Positions 24,770 through 37,276 of a stretch of DNA of 64,000 nucleotides are shown here, in pieces. Position numbers and translations under genes: made by a program. This DNA comes from Ginglymostoma cirratum (lineage: Eukaryota): the NCBI GenBank assembly GCA_024137785.1, contig JAHRHZ010000003.1, positions 9,884,897-9,948,896 of the forward strand. Reading direction: 5' to 3'. How positions within the stretch are numbered: position 1 is the first letter of the stretch; each line of letters starts with the position of its first letter. The notes under the pieces are model-generated. The model did not search any database and was not told where the DNA came from. It saw only the letters and a list, made by a program, of their open reading frames with translations.

Positions 24770-25840
24770 TGAGGATGTAATTAGCAGAATCGGTAGCAGG
24801 GAACCAGTAGATGTTGGTGTATTTGGATTTCCAGAAAATTTTAAATAAGGTACCACAGAAAAGATTAGTAAATTGGGAGTCAGTTAATGGATAGAAGAAG
24901 GGCAGGTATAAGTGGATCATTCTCAGGTTGTCAGATTGGAATGAGTCAGGTACTGTAAACTATATCAATAATTTGGATATGGGGACCCAATGTCATATTT
25001 ATAAGTTTGCTCATAACGTAAAACTACGTGGCAAAGTGAGTTCTGAGGAAGATGCAAAGAAACTTCAAAGGTGGACTCATTTAGGCAGGTGAAGGGAGTG
25101 AGCATGAACATGGCAGATGGAAAATTATGTGGAAAAGTGTGAACTATTCCAAAAAATAAAAATGCAGAGTTATCTTTAAAATAGTGGACGATTTGGAAGT
25201 ATTGATATCCTTGTTCATGCATCATTGAAAACTAATTTGCGAGTGAAGCGAGCAATGAGGAAGGCAACAGTTTGTTGTCCTATATAACAAGAGGATGTGA
25301 GTACAGGAATAAAGTTACCTTGCTACAGTTGTCAGGTGCCTTGCTGAGTCTTCACCAAGCATATTGTGTATACTTTATCTCCTTACCTAAGGAAGGGTGT
25401 ATCTGCCATACAAGGAGTGCGGTGGAGCCATTGCTGGATTATCGTGTTATGAAGAGAGACACTAGATCCATGTTTTCTAGAATAAAGAAGAATAAAAGCT
25501 GATCTCATCCAAACATAGAAATTTTGACATGGCTCAACAAGGTAGATGCAGCAAGCATGTTTCTGTCACTGCAGGGTTATGCACAAGGGGAAACAGTCTC
25601 AAAACAAAAGCTCAGTCATTTCGAACTGAGAAGACGAAGACTTTCATCACTAAGAGGCTGATTGAGTCTTCAGAATTGTCAACTCCAGAAGCTCAGACAT
25701 TGACTATGTTCAAGGTAAAGATTGATAGATTTCCAGATATGTAAGATGTCAAGGGAAATGGCAGTAATATTAGAAAATAGTGTTGAAGTAGAAGATTGGC
25801 CAGGTTTGAGAGGCCAAATAGCCAACTCCTTTTCTGATAA
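24770..25840 (+). mobile_element. Degraded CR1 LINE RT/3' region
   Basis: Remnants such as VYLDFQK.F.KVP, MLSYITRGCEYRNK and TRGNSLK; many stops. Confidence 0.8.
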
Positions 25841-28800
25841 GAAATGATATACTCTGCACGTTAAGGGCTCCAATTTGTACAACTGGAGATTTGCCAATAG
25901 ATTGCTTAAAAATTTGAATGCCAATTTTGTTCTAAGCTTTTAAACTCACTTTTCCGGTCAAGCTGAATTTGCCTGGCTGGAGGGGGTGTGGAAAGCAGAG
26001 AAGCACTGCTGTGCACAGCTCCACTGAAGATCAAATTAATGGAGTTGCTCATGGACCAAAATGTTCTAGTTTCCAAAGCAGAATGGGATTAGGATGGAAA
26101 AGATGGAAAGGGAGGGAAAAGGAAGAAAGGATTCTGCAGAGAGTGGTCACAATTAGGTTAAAATTGCCTCACTCATTATCAGTAAAAGGTTGTGGTAGAA
26201 CTGCAGACTGTTTGCAGCAGAAACATTTATGACTTTAATCCTGGAAAGAAATCCTTTACATCCACACTATTCTTACTGCACAAACGCTGAACACTTTCTG
26301 AAAAATAGTTTTTTCAGTTAAATAATTTTCATCTAGCAGTAGCAAAACATTCAAATGCTATGCTTACTTTAGACTGCTTCCCTTAAACAAAATGTTTCCA
26401 AGTTTAACAAATTAGGGAGGAACATTTTCAAAGGTGTATACACCATTTAGAAGAGGCCACTTATCAGTGGGACCATGCTAGTTTTCATCATCTACAGTGT
26501 TTTTGATTGGTGTGATAGACAACTGGTACTTAAAAACTGACTTTGTGGAGTGGTAACTGCCAAATGCTTCCTCTGTTTAAAAAAAAATCAGGTGGAAAAT
26601 TCTGGATAAATTCTTAGCTGTTGTCCCAATCATGACTTCTCCCTTGCTGCCAGCAGTGACCATGAATTTTGTTTCTCATTTGTAGCTCAAGATACACATA
26701 TTCTAGGCATGCCAACAACAAAAGTTAAAGACTGGACTTTTGAACACTCCCAAATCTGTTTGATCTTTTATGCTTAACTGTTATGCTGTTGTCAAACAAA
26801 TCTATGTCTCTGTCCATATGGTTACATTCCCTGCGATACAATGTCTTCAATTTCCTTTAGTCTCTTATAGCATCACAATTAAATGCCTTCCAAATGCATA
26901 AAATGAAAACAGTTCAGATTCACTGCAGGAGAATTACCCAGGACATAATAACGTATTGATGTTTGTTTCTGTTTGAGGAGTCATTACACATTTTGAGTCC
27001 CATGAAATTTTTAATCTCACTTCATACAATAGCAGCAGTGTTATTACAAATGTACAACCAGTAAACTTTCCTCACCACCGTGCCTGCAGACAAGATGCAC
27101 TCATTCTGTTCTCAACGTATCCTTTGAGTGGGTGGTTATTATTTTAATCCTTTGACTGATAAACCCTCCCTTTGCTAAGTTAAGAACTTCCATTTGTAAT
27201 GAACCAGAGATGACAGCTCGGATATCAGAGCATCTGGAAGTGCATAACATGTCAACTAAATCTGATCTGAGGACAAGTGGATAATAATAGCATGCGTAGG
27301 TCACTCAGTTTAAGTAACAGCTCAGTGTCATTAGCTGAAAGATATGGCCAAGCACGTAGAAATGACGAGCAAAGTGGCAGGTATGTCAGTCTGTAAGAAC
27401 ACTTAGCTGAAATGTTTTTCTTTCATATTTACAGAATGGATTTCAGTGTAAGAAAACTGTAAATATATTTCTGAAAGATGCTGAAATAGATTGGAAAATA
27501 CACTTCGATCTGCCTTCAGATCTCTGTAACTGTTGGCATAAAGTGTTGTTTGCTTGTGTAGTCGTGAAAATGCAGGACTCCGATGATCAGTCAAAGCATC
27601 AGTCTTGGATAGGAATGTAGTGTTGCCTTTCATCTGCTGAGATCCCCTGTTGGAAGATCCTGGTTGATGACTTGACAGAGCAAATTTGTGTATTTGACAT
27701 GAGGAGTACTGAAGTGGGCCAAGGATGGTTTAGTTCCAAGAAGGCTGATCTGATTGGAACAGGCATTGTGATGAGGCACTAATGTTGTGTGCATTGTTCA
27801 GTGGATGGCACTTTTTTCTTATAAAAGTCCTTTGATTCTTGTTACAGAAAATAATGAAACCAAAAGTTGTTTTAAATATATCTGTGTGTATTTTCACTTA
27901 CTTTGTGGTGAATAGTTCATGTTTCCTGATTGCCGCTTTTCTCTATAATTCTTGTTTATTCTCAGTCAAGTTTTTACAATACTGACGAGAAAGTGTGTCA
28001 CCACAGAACAGTAGTAAAGAAACTTGGTATAGCTATGAACGAGCACCATTCTCATGTGGATTGTGGCAAAATGGCTTCACAAAATGGAGATTTTCTTCAT
28101 ATTTCAGACATTTTTCCAGACCGTTCTTAGCCCATTCCTATGTTTCACCAGCTGTGGATGTTCGGCAAACTCAAAAGCGTTCATATATCTTTCAATGCCA
28201 TCACAGATCATACTAAATAAAAAGATTGCTGCAAAAGCACAATAGGTCGAACAGAAACAAGAGTGAGAAAGACAGATTAATGTTCGTTGTAGACATGGTC
28301 GGAACTGAAAATATCAATTCCTCTGTCAGTGCTTTATAGTTGAATTGTCTGAGACAAGCACGCAAGGTTCTGACTTGTATTTTTGCTTTAATTTCTCCTG
28401 AAGAAATATCCTCTTAGTTTGTCGACCTTGCTAGAAGAGTTTATTGAATGGCAACTTGTAATAGTTTCTGTTGCTAACTCCCTGTCCTCTTTTAAAGTCA
28501 TAGGTACTTGGGTCAATTATAGTAGGCTCACTCACATTTCCCTTTCAGACACCACCAAATTCATTCTGCATAAATCCAGAAACTTTGGCCTTTAGTGTCA
28601 TGCTGCATTTGCCCAATCAGAGAAGTGCAGATGATCCTGCCATGCTTTCTTAAAGGAAATAACATTTTAAGATGAACCTAATGGATATGATTCGGACACT
28701 ACTACACAGGCATCTGCCAAGCTTTGGGAATTCGCTGACCTGTTATTTGTTATGCGACAGCATTTCTAAGTTCTTCAAATGTTCAGATTGTTCTGTTGAT

Positions 28801-29894
28801 ACCATTTACCTGACGTGCATCAATCGATGTTTCCAGTAGAGGCGTTGTACCTTCTCTAGGCCATGTACTGGGCCCAATTTCTTGTCAATTATAATTGATG
28901 CAACTGTACCACGTTTCGTTTCAGATAAGCAATGAGACCTGTAAATGTTCTCTCTATTCTTTTATACTTGATGGCAGGGACATGATGGGGTATGGACATC
29001 CACTGGCATGGTTAGCATTTACTGCTCATCCCTCACTGTCTTGAGAAGGCTTGAAGTCTGTGATCTTTGTAGTGTATTTTCTACATGACACTCCCTCGTG
29101 TGTGTCTCAGAAAAGAAACTGATCCATCATAAATGAAACCGTTCTCAAATTAACATATTCTCTTTTTGGTCCTCAGTGGAAAGAATGCTCTTTTCTATTT
29201 AGACTTGTGCAGAAGAGAAAAATTTCTTGGGTTTCAAAGGATGAGTTGTGATAATGCTTTTAAATGTTTTGCTAAACTTGGTGCACTTGATGGATTTAAA
29301 ACAAGTAGACTGGAAGGAAGAAAACAGAATTGCATTTCCAGCCAACAAGAAACCACATTTCAAAAGACAGGAATGTATTGTAATCATGGTGTTACTGAAT
29401 GCCAAGCAGGCCTGGGGGGCTAAGTAGCCAACTTCTGTTCTAATTTGCATGTTCATATGTTAAATAAATCACTTTTATTTATTTTGTTTCTTTGGAAGGA
29501 ATGGATGTGGAATCATCAGTTAAGTCAATGTCTTACTGCACTAGTATGGATTAAATCAAACACTTGATAAATTTTCAGGATAATGCGAGACAGTTCAGGA
29601 AGGAAGACAGCGGATATATCTCTCAAATTTGAAATGAACACCAAATTAACATCTTAAATGGATACCTTCGATTCAGTTACTCTGGGCAACGCTTAGATTG
29701 CACCAGCAGACGTAATTCCTGGATTACATGAAATTTCTTGGTGGAGAGAACATACTGAATTTGAATCGAACAGAGAGGAGTTCCAGCAAGAGGTGGGTGG
29801 AAGGGGAGATAACTGGTGGAATGTCAGACCAGGGTGTGGGCAGAGGAGGAAGAAAGTGGGAGGAGGAGATGACTTGCCTGTGCCACCGATCAAA

Positions 29895-30318
29895 ACTTTA
29901 TACTCTTTTGATTCTTGTTGAGACAAATAGGAGGGCTCCACCTGAAGGTAGGAGTTCTCTTCAGGATATCAGAGAAAAATCTTGATTTTTTTTTTTGCAA
30001 GTGCGATTGCAAGTAGCTGCTGAGAACATAGAAAATCCTCTCCTTCTCCGTGTGGTGGATGGTGACTTTCAGATCTCCTCTCCTTGTTCGCTGCGTGTTC
30101 TGTTCCTTCTGATCTAGCTGCTGTATCACACACTCCACAATCTCGGCTTTATGTTCAAGAATGTCAGGAGAAGATTTCTCATGAATCCATGTCGCCTCCA
30201 GTTTCCCAATGAGCTGGGCCGGGTTCATGGTTTGCTTCTCCTCAGTGTCCTCTCCACCCACCACCACCCTCTCCTCTTCGTATTCTTCGGCCATGGCTGA
30301 TACCCGAGACTTCAACCT
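29895..30318 (-). pseudogene. GINS4: Processed (intronless) GINS4/SLD5 pseudogene, N-terminal ~60% only
   Basis: ATG at 30294; MNPAQLIGKLEATWIHEKSSPDILEHKAEIVECVIQQLD..GDLKVTIHHTEKERIFYVLSSYL aligns with GINS4 (TPAELIERLEQAWMNEKFAPELLESKPEIVECVMEQLE..DLKVSIHQMEMERIRYVLSSYL). It continues after a frameshift as EPSYLSQQE. No introns. Confidence 0.9.
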
Positions 30319-31164
30319 GTAACCTTCAATATCTGAACAAGAGATTTCAAGAAATGCCTGCAATTTATGCCTTAAGTTCCATTTGTGTTAACAAGGTTGG
30401 ATATATCTACCCAACTGATACTACGTTACAATCTTAGGATGAATGCAAAAAATGTTAAACATTGATGTTTTGAGGGCGAGAGAAAAACCACAAATAAACC
30501 TGTTACTCCCTTGACCTCTGTGCTGACAATTGTTTTTTATGGGAATACATCAAACTGCATTTAGCATGTGAGAAACGTACTAGTGCCAATGGTTGCCAAG
30601 TGCAGGCCCCAGTGACAGATGTAGGTGTAATGGAAAACTATTAGTATCACTCCAAGTTGTTTTCACTGGACCATTTGGTTTCTAGAGTTGGCAAGATATA
30701 CATTTAGCTTGCAGTCTGCTATGCTTGGGGATGTGGCAGCAGTCAAGCTGGTGTTAAGTGTAAAATCTTTAGTTGTTCAAGAATGACCCGTTGACCATCA
30801 AACACGTAGACTCACAGATATGCAGAACTGCTGTGCTCCATCTATGTTCTGTTGTTGAGGATAGTCTAATGAACAATAGTCAAATGAACAAGTGAAGAAG
30901 TTCCATTATCCAAATCTCATGCTCATGAAAGGTTCATCTCAGCAGAGCCGCTATGTGACCATGTGCCATTGTGCCTGAACACACATTGCATTCTACTTTG
31001 CTGAAAACCAACAATAACTCAAAATTAGGCAGGAAGACAGAAAATGTGTTTGTGAAGTCTGTCACACTGTGATTAATTTGACTGAACTTTGTTTTGTGCC
31101 AGTTCACGTAATTTTGACTGTGCTACTGTTTTTGGGCTCGGGCACTTACAACTAATAAACTTAC

Positions 31165-31393
31165 ATATCAAAAACAAATTTGCTGGAAAACCTCAGCAGG
31201 TCTGGCAGCATCTGTGAAGGAAAAAACAGAGTTAACATTTCAGGGCCGGTGACCCTTCTTCAGAACTGTGTTCTGCAGAAGGGTCACCGGACCTGAAACA
31301 TCAACTCTGTTTTTTCCTTCACAGATGCTGCCAGACCTGCTGAGCTTTTCCAGCAAATTTGTTTTTGTTCCTGCAGTTCTTTCAGTTTTTATT
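31165..31393. mobile_element. Fold-back (palindromic) PLE-derived insertion with 12-bp TSD
   Basis: 31169-31266 is the near-perfect reverse complement of 31270-31367; TAATAAACTTAC at 31153-31164 and 31394-31405; degenerate CTGAAGA...GAAA cores. Confidence 0.85.
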
Positions 31394-32635
31394 TAATAAA
31401 CTTACGCATTGATATACCGCTGTGATGTGAGTTACGTTTTTCAAAGCAACTTTATTACGCTTGTGGCCAAATAAAGTTTTAGTTACTATGATGCCGAAGG
31501 GACCTGATTACTTTTTTCCTTGAATAAAATTGAACCAGGATGAAACAACCCAAAATTGATGAGGATTAATGAGCATCATCAATGTCACAGAGCATGGGCT
31601 AGAGATCTATTGACATGCAGGTTTGAGAGGGTGCCTAGCTTTATCCCATGAGCGAAGACAAAGATCACACCTATATTCTCATGCTGTCACTCAGACCGGG
31701 GAGGCCAAGTGTGCTCTGTCTCCTATGGAGCATTTCAATATGTGAGACACATAGAATTTCATCTGTTTCTGTTGTGACATTTTTAAAATCTTTCTGTCTG
31801 TGATTATTGAGCAGTGTCACGGCAGTGTATTCTGTTATCAACATTGTTTAGTATTTCAAAGATCTATTAATAAAATGATTCTGGGCTGAGTTTGGATACT
31901 CTAGAAATTTATCAGTGAAGAGCATTTAAGCATGTTGACTTCTGTTAGCCCGACCTTTGGCATGGTGTATAATTTCAGGGAAAATGAGTTTAAATGGTAA
32001 ATGTTTCCAGTCTTAAGGTAATGCCTGACTATTCAGGGGAAAGGATTGCAAAACTATGAGCAAGTCAAGTGACAAGACTTCATATAGTCTGGGATACTGT
32101 CTCTGACTTATTCACATTTTATTTTCTATTGCTTAGTTTTAAAATTCTCAGACCATCATTGGCATTGCATTTTTGTGTTGAAATGCAGTGTGTGACTGTT
32201 AAATACAGCAATTTCTGCACATTTTGCATTGTAACCTTATCAAATTAAAAATGCCTCACAGCAACCAACCCAATTTGGGTTTAATGCCAATAGCTGCTAT
32301 TTCAAGAGGCAGAGGTTTCAGGTGCCCTTCTTAAATAACAACAAAGCAGTTTATAGCTTAAAAGTGCAAGCACTACAAACATTAAGCAATTTCAACTAAA
32401 AGTTAGACACAGCCCATGATGCATCTTGTTCATGGATTCTGGGAACGTTGCTTGAAGTATTGTCTGTTGTCTGTTATACGTCTTGTCTTTTGCAAACAAG
32501 CAACTAGAAGGACATCACATCTCGGAGAGTCGCAAGTCTTATGTAATTACCGTACTTTCACGAAAACAACCTGCAGGGTATATCTTTTAAAACGTATTCC
32601 AGAGGCAATGTGGCTTATATTCGTGGGCGGGTTAT

Positions 32636-32684
32636 ATGTGCGACTTTTTTTGCAGATGGCTGGCCAACTTCGGTCTTCCTACAG
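32636..32684 (+). CDS. Candidate internal first coding exon of camk2b (MCDFFCRWLANFGLPT), phase-1 donor in frame with the hub exon
   Basis: ATG at 32636, ACAG|gtaaga donor, G|CT CGC AAG CAA GAA in-frame join to 33168; locally CpG-rich with GGGCGG at 32625-32630. No transcript evidence. Confidence 0.35.
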
Positions 32685-33167
32685 GTAAGAGGTAAGTCAT
32701 TGCAAAAGTGGAGATGGCTAACATTTTAAACTGTCTGTGTGAACAAGGGAACTAGCTGTCTTCGCATGTTTATGAATGGGTTTAAATCTTTATGTATGTG
32801 GATGAGAGGGTAGTTTTATCAGGTATTGTATAGGGCCATTTTGAGGCGGGATGGATTCATTGTGCGGGATTACACATTTTATTTTGTTCTCAGAAGCACA
32901 TTATAATAATGGTAATTAGGTTACAGCCCAGGTTTTTTTTCGTGAAATTACGGTAACAATCCAAAATACGAGTTTTAAGTTAATTGTAAAAGTTAGTGTA
33001 ACCAGCTAATCTAGCACCAATTTTATTTAGCTACGTAAGAAAGTGAATTACTCTAAATGGGAATTGATGCCATTAAGCAGGGGATCAAACTGCTAATTTT
33101 TTTGTCCCCAATTGTGATGACATTGGATGGTATCAGATGTCCCATTTTCTTCTTGTTTTTTTTCCAG

Positions 33168-33243
33168 CTCGCAAGCAAGAAATCATCAAGTTAACCGAGC
33201 AGCTGATTGAAGCCATTAACAATGGGGACTTTGAAGCTTATGC
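33168..33243 (+). CDS. CAMK2B: CaMKII-beta association (hub) domain exon 1 (76 nt): [26 protein letters not shown]
   Basis: ttccag|CT and GC|gtaagt junctions; near-identity to the CaMKII hub sequence. Confidence 0.98.
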
Positions 33244-33309
33244 GTAAGTGAAAAGATTACCTTTTTCATTCATGAACACTTGGTTACTGTTACCTCCCGA
33301 ACATCTCTC

Positions 33310-34070
33310 ATCTAGGGATATTGAAGGCAAGTGATATTCAAACCAAACGGGTGACAAGTGCCAGAAATTGAACCATCAACCCTTCACATTCAATGGTATG
33401 GCCATCACTGAATCACTCACTGTCAACATCCAGGGAGGTTGCCATTCAATTAAAAACTGAACTGGACTTCCTGTGTGAATACATTGGTGACAACAGCATG
33501 TCAGCGACTAGGAATCCTGTCACAAGTAACTCACTCCTGACCCTTCCCCCTCCTCCCACCCCACCAGAGCCTGTCCACTATTGACCAGGCATAAGTGAGA
33601 AGTGTAATGCGTGATTGAACAATCCCAGTTGCCCAGTTGAGTGCAGCTCCAAAAGTGCTTAAGAAGCTTGACACTCTCCAGGACAAAGCATCCCACTTAA
33701 TTGGCTCCACCTCCATCTTCTTTGCTTTTCATTCCCTTCATCACCAATGCCTCACAAAGGCTCCTTCCACAGCACCTTCCAAACCTACAACCTAAATGAG
33801 CCAGCAGGACCTAAGCAACAGATGCACGGGAACGGGATCAACTGCAAGTTCCTCTCTAAGCCATGCATCATCCTGACTTGCAACTATATCATTTTTCCCT
33901 TTACTATAGCTGGGTCAAAGGCTCGGAATTCCCTTCTTAACAACACGGAGGGCGTACCCATGCTCCAAGGACTGCAGCCAGTATCTCTCCATCACTTCTT
34001 GGAGTGCAGTTTGGGATGGGCAACAAGTGCTGGCATTGGTAGTGATGTCCACCTTCCAATAAGTTTTTGG
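33310..34070 (+). mobile_element. Shark LINE 3' end (CR1/L2-like)
   Basis: Contains cagcaccttccaaacc...ctgcaagttcctctctaagcc...cctgacttg, shared with 47690-48010; degraded RT-like remnants upstream. Confidence 0.55.
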
Positions 34071-34437
34071 GAAGTTAACATGTTAAAAGTTTCCATGTAA
34101 GTCAATGCCTGGATATTTTGAAAATGTGTTCCCATTTTGGATAGATTTCTGAAGTGTAACCTGAACAGTGGTGAGAGAATCCTTGTGAAGGCTTGAACTT
34201 GGTAGCCAAAATCTCATTCTAGTTTGTGTACTGATGTGCAGCAAAGGTTGTTGAGCTTTCACGTGGAAAGAAGTAACAAATGCATCCTTATGACTTCTGG
34301 GACCTGAGCAACCATTCTAAGCAAAGTTTTCCCTTATACCTTTCTCCTGAACAATTGTATTTAAGACCTCAGTGGGAACAACAGAGCACTTGTGGAATTT
34401 ATGATCCTCAGTTGTGTTTAGAAATTACATTTCCTGA

Positions 34438-34599
<162 letters not shown>

Positions 34600-35433
34600 T
34601 AAGTAAAAGCACGCTTGCCTGATGTCTCCAGCAAAGTGCGTCTGAGCTTCAGTTACCCCTGTGGTTTCTTAACCTTTTTCTCAGAATGTTGTGGGACCAT
34701 GATTCCTACCAATGGCAGTTCCTGTAGTCAGTAGATATTTGGTAGTAAGAGTTATTCCTGCTTTCTTTTCAAAAATCTTCCCTCATTTTCTACCTTTTGA
34801 TGCCATCCCTAAATATTACAAGTCCTTGGGCAAGTATTTGATGAGAATATTCTGTTGTGCCGTCAATGAATACAATCTCTACATAAGCTGGATGGATTTG
34901 CATCACATATCAAAAGTCTGACTGACACCTCATTCAGAGGCAACCTCCCCAGTTAAGATTCCAAACACTAAAACTGTTGATCTGTCACACAAACACAGTC
35001 TTCTCCCAAATTCCAAGACAAGGATTGACCCACCACCCTCTCCGCTTCTGTTCAAGCCAGTCTCTGCACATCCTGAACTATAGAGAGGCAACTGGTTCCC
35101 TTGCTTGAAGTAATTTCATTTTCAGAGTTGTTGTCAACTTATGTGAAGATAACTCCTGTCTGCCTCTCTAGGATAGGGCTGCATCTCATCAGCACTGTCG
35201 CATAGATTAGGAATTCAGTGACCTATTTTAGTCAAATATACTACGTGCCCACACAACATACTTATAGACATACTAAAACAAGACAACTGAATGAGTACTT
35301 GCTGGTAACAACTGAAAATAGAGGGGCCTTTTTCTGTTTCTCTGTGTGGAGGATTCCTGTTGATGTGAAGTAAATGAACTTCTCCACAGTAGTTAATAAA
35401 ATCAACAATTGTTCAACTCTTTCTGTTATGCAG

Positions 35434-35666
35434 TGTTATCTAAAAACAGCAAACCCATCCACACAACTATTTTGAATCCTCACGTACATCTGATTGGAGA
35501 CGATGCTGCCTGCATAGCATACATTCGCCTCACCCAGTATATAGACATTCAGGGTAGGCCACGAACAACCCAGTCAGAGGAGACACGGGTCTGGCACCGT
35601 CGGGACAGCAAATGGCAGAATGTTCACTTCCACTGCTCAGGTTCTCCAGCAGCACCACTCCAGTGA
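35434..35666 (+). CDS. CAMK2B: CaMKII-beta last coding exon: [27 protein letters not shown]...[11 protein letters not shown]
   Basis: tgcag|TG acceptor; stop TGA at 35664-35666; donor AG|gtatga after 35668. Confidence 0.98.
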
Positions 35667-35859
35667 AGGTATGATTTCAACATTGGAAATGAAGTGATGA
35701 TCCAATGAGAGAAAGGGCAAAGGAAGTAGTTTGTAATGAGTCAGCGTCAATTCAGCACGTTCTTAATTTTTTTTTTCATGACTTTGTGTATTGAATTTGT
35801 GTGAACCACTGAGCCACCATGCCTCTGTTTGAAACTTTGCAAGTACGCCAAACTTTGCA

Positions 35860-37040
35860 TAGTACAGTGAAGTCACAGACCCTCCTGGTGTCCTGGATGA
35901 TGTGTGCACAAAGTGTCACCAACTGCAGAAACTTGAGCTCTGGATTTCAGAGCTTGACTGGCAGCTGGAGACACTGTGGCACAGCCACAAGACTCACCAT
36001 TATGTGGATTGCACATTTAGAGAGGTGGTCACACTGTAGCTTAAGGGAAGGGGTGACCACCTGGCAGTCGGAAAGAAACAGGCAGGTAGTGCAGCAATCC
36101 CTTGGAGTCTGCTCTCAAACTGGTTTTCCATTTTGGAAGCTGGTGAGGACACTGGTTCCTCAAGTGATTGCAAACAGAGCTAAGCTTTTGGCATCGCAAG
36201 CAGCATGTCTGTACAGGAGGTGTGGAAGGAATGGCAATAGTAATAGGGGGTTCATCGGTTAGGAGGAACAGACAGGCATTTCTGTGGCCACAGAATGGCT
36301 GCAGGGCATCCTGAAGAGGGAGCATGATAAGTCAGAGGTCATGGCACATGTTGATACCAACGATATAGGTGGAATTAGGAATTCAGAAAGCTAGACAACA
36401 GGTTAACAAGCAAAATCTCAAAGGGTGTAATCTCTGGATTACTTAAAGTGCCACATGCGAACAAGTACAGAAATAAAAGAAAAAAGCAGGTGAATGTGTG
36501 GCTCAGGAGTTGGTGCAGGAAAAATGGTTTCAAATTCCTGCATTACTGGGACAGTGGTTGAGGTGGGACCTGGACAAGTGGGATGGTTTGTACGTGAATG
36601 AGAATGGAACTAACCTCCTTTTGGGAGGGTTTGCTCATGCTTTTGGGAAAAGTTTAAACTAGTTCGATGGGGGAAGGGACATACGGTGATCGTACAGCCA
36701 GGGGACAGTGTAGGTTAGGAAAGGAACCAAGACACAGGAAGTTCAGACATGTTGAGTTTGAAGGGAGTAAGGCAAGGTGGGATTGTCTGTAATGCTGGGA
36801 GTATTTTAGGTAAGTTATATGAGTTATGGGCACAGATTGACATGAGGAATTGTGAAATTGCTGTCATCACAGATGTAAATTAAGGGAGGGGAAGGACTAG
36901 CAACTCAACATTCTGGGATATGTGATCTTCAGGCAGGACACGGGTGGGGGAGGGAGAGATTAAAGAGGTGGTGATGCTGCACTCCTAATTCAGGAATCAG
37001 TTAGTGCATTAATGGTGGACATCAGCTTGGAAAGGGCCTT
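35860..37040 (+). mobile_element. Degraded CR1 LINE 5' portion (ORF1 zinc-finger/coiled-coil/esterase plus start of the ORF2 endonuclease)
   Basis: CTKCHQLQKLELWISELDWQLETL, VMAHVDTNDIG (esterase VHIGTND motif), then NAGSILGKLYELWAQI..IAVIT (endonuclease start); multiple stops. Confidence 0.75.
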
Positions 37041-37276
37041 TAACGTGCTGTGCATTAAACAACACAGAAAGAAGACCAGAAAATTTGTTCTTCATTCACA
37101 TTCTGTTTAGTGTCAGTCTGAAAAGAGGCTGTTGGACATGAACAGGTCACACGTCCAGTTAGCTCTCATTATGCTTTCACCATGTTCTTGCTGTTTAATC
37201 AAGCCCCAAGTGAACTTGCTTATCATCCATAAAATTCAAGAATCTGCTTATAATATATTTGAATCTTTCTCTGCAG

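Noticed and set aside
29890-30363. Functional nested GINS4 gene
   Set aside because: Frameshift, missing C-terminal part and many non-conservative substitutions; treated as a pseudogene.
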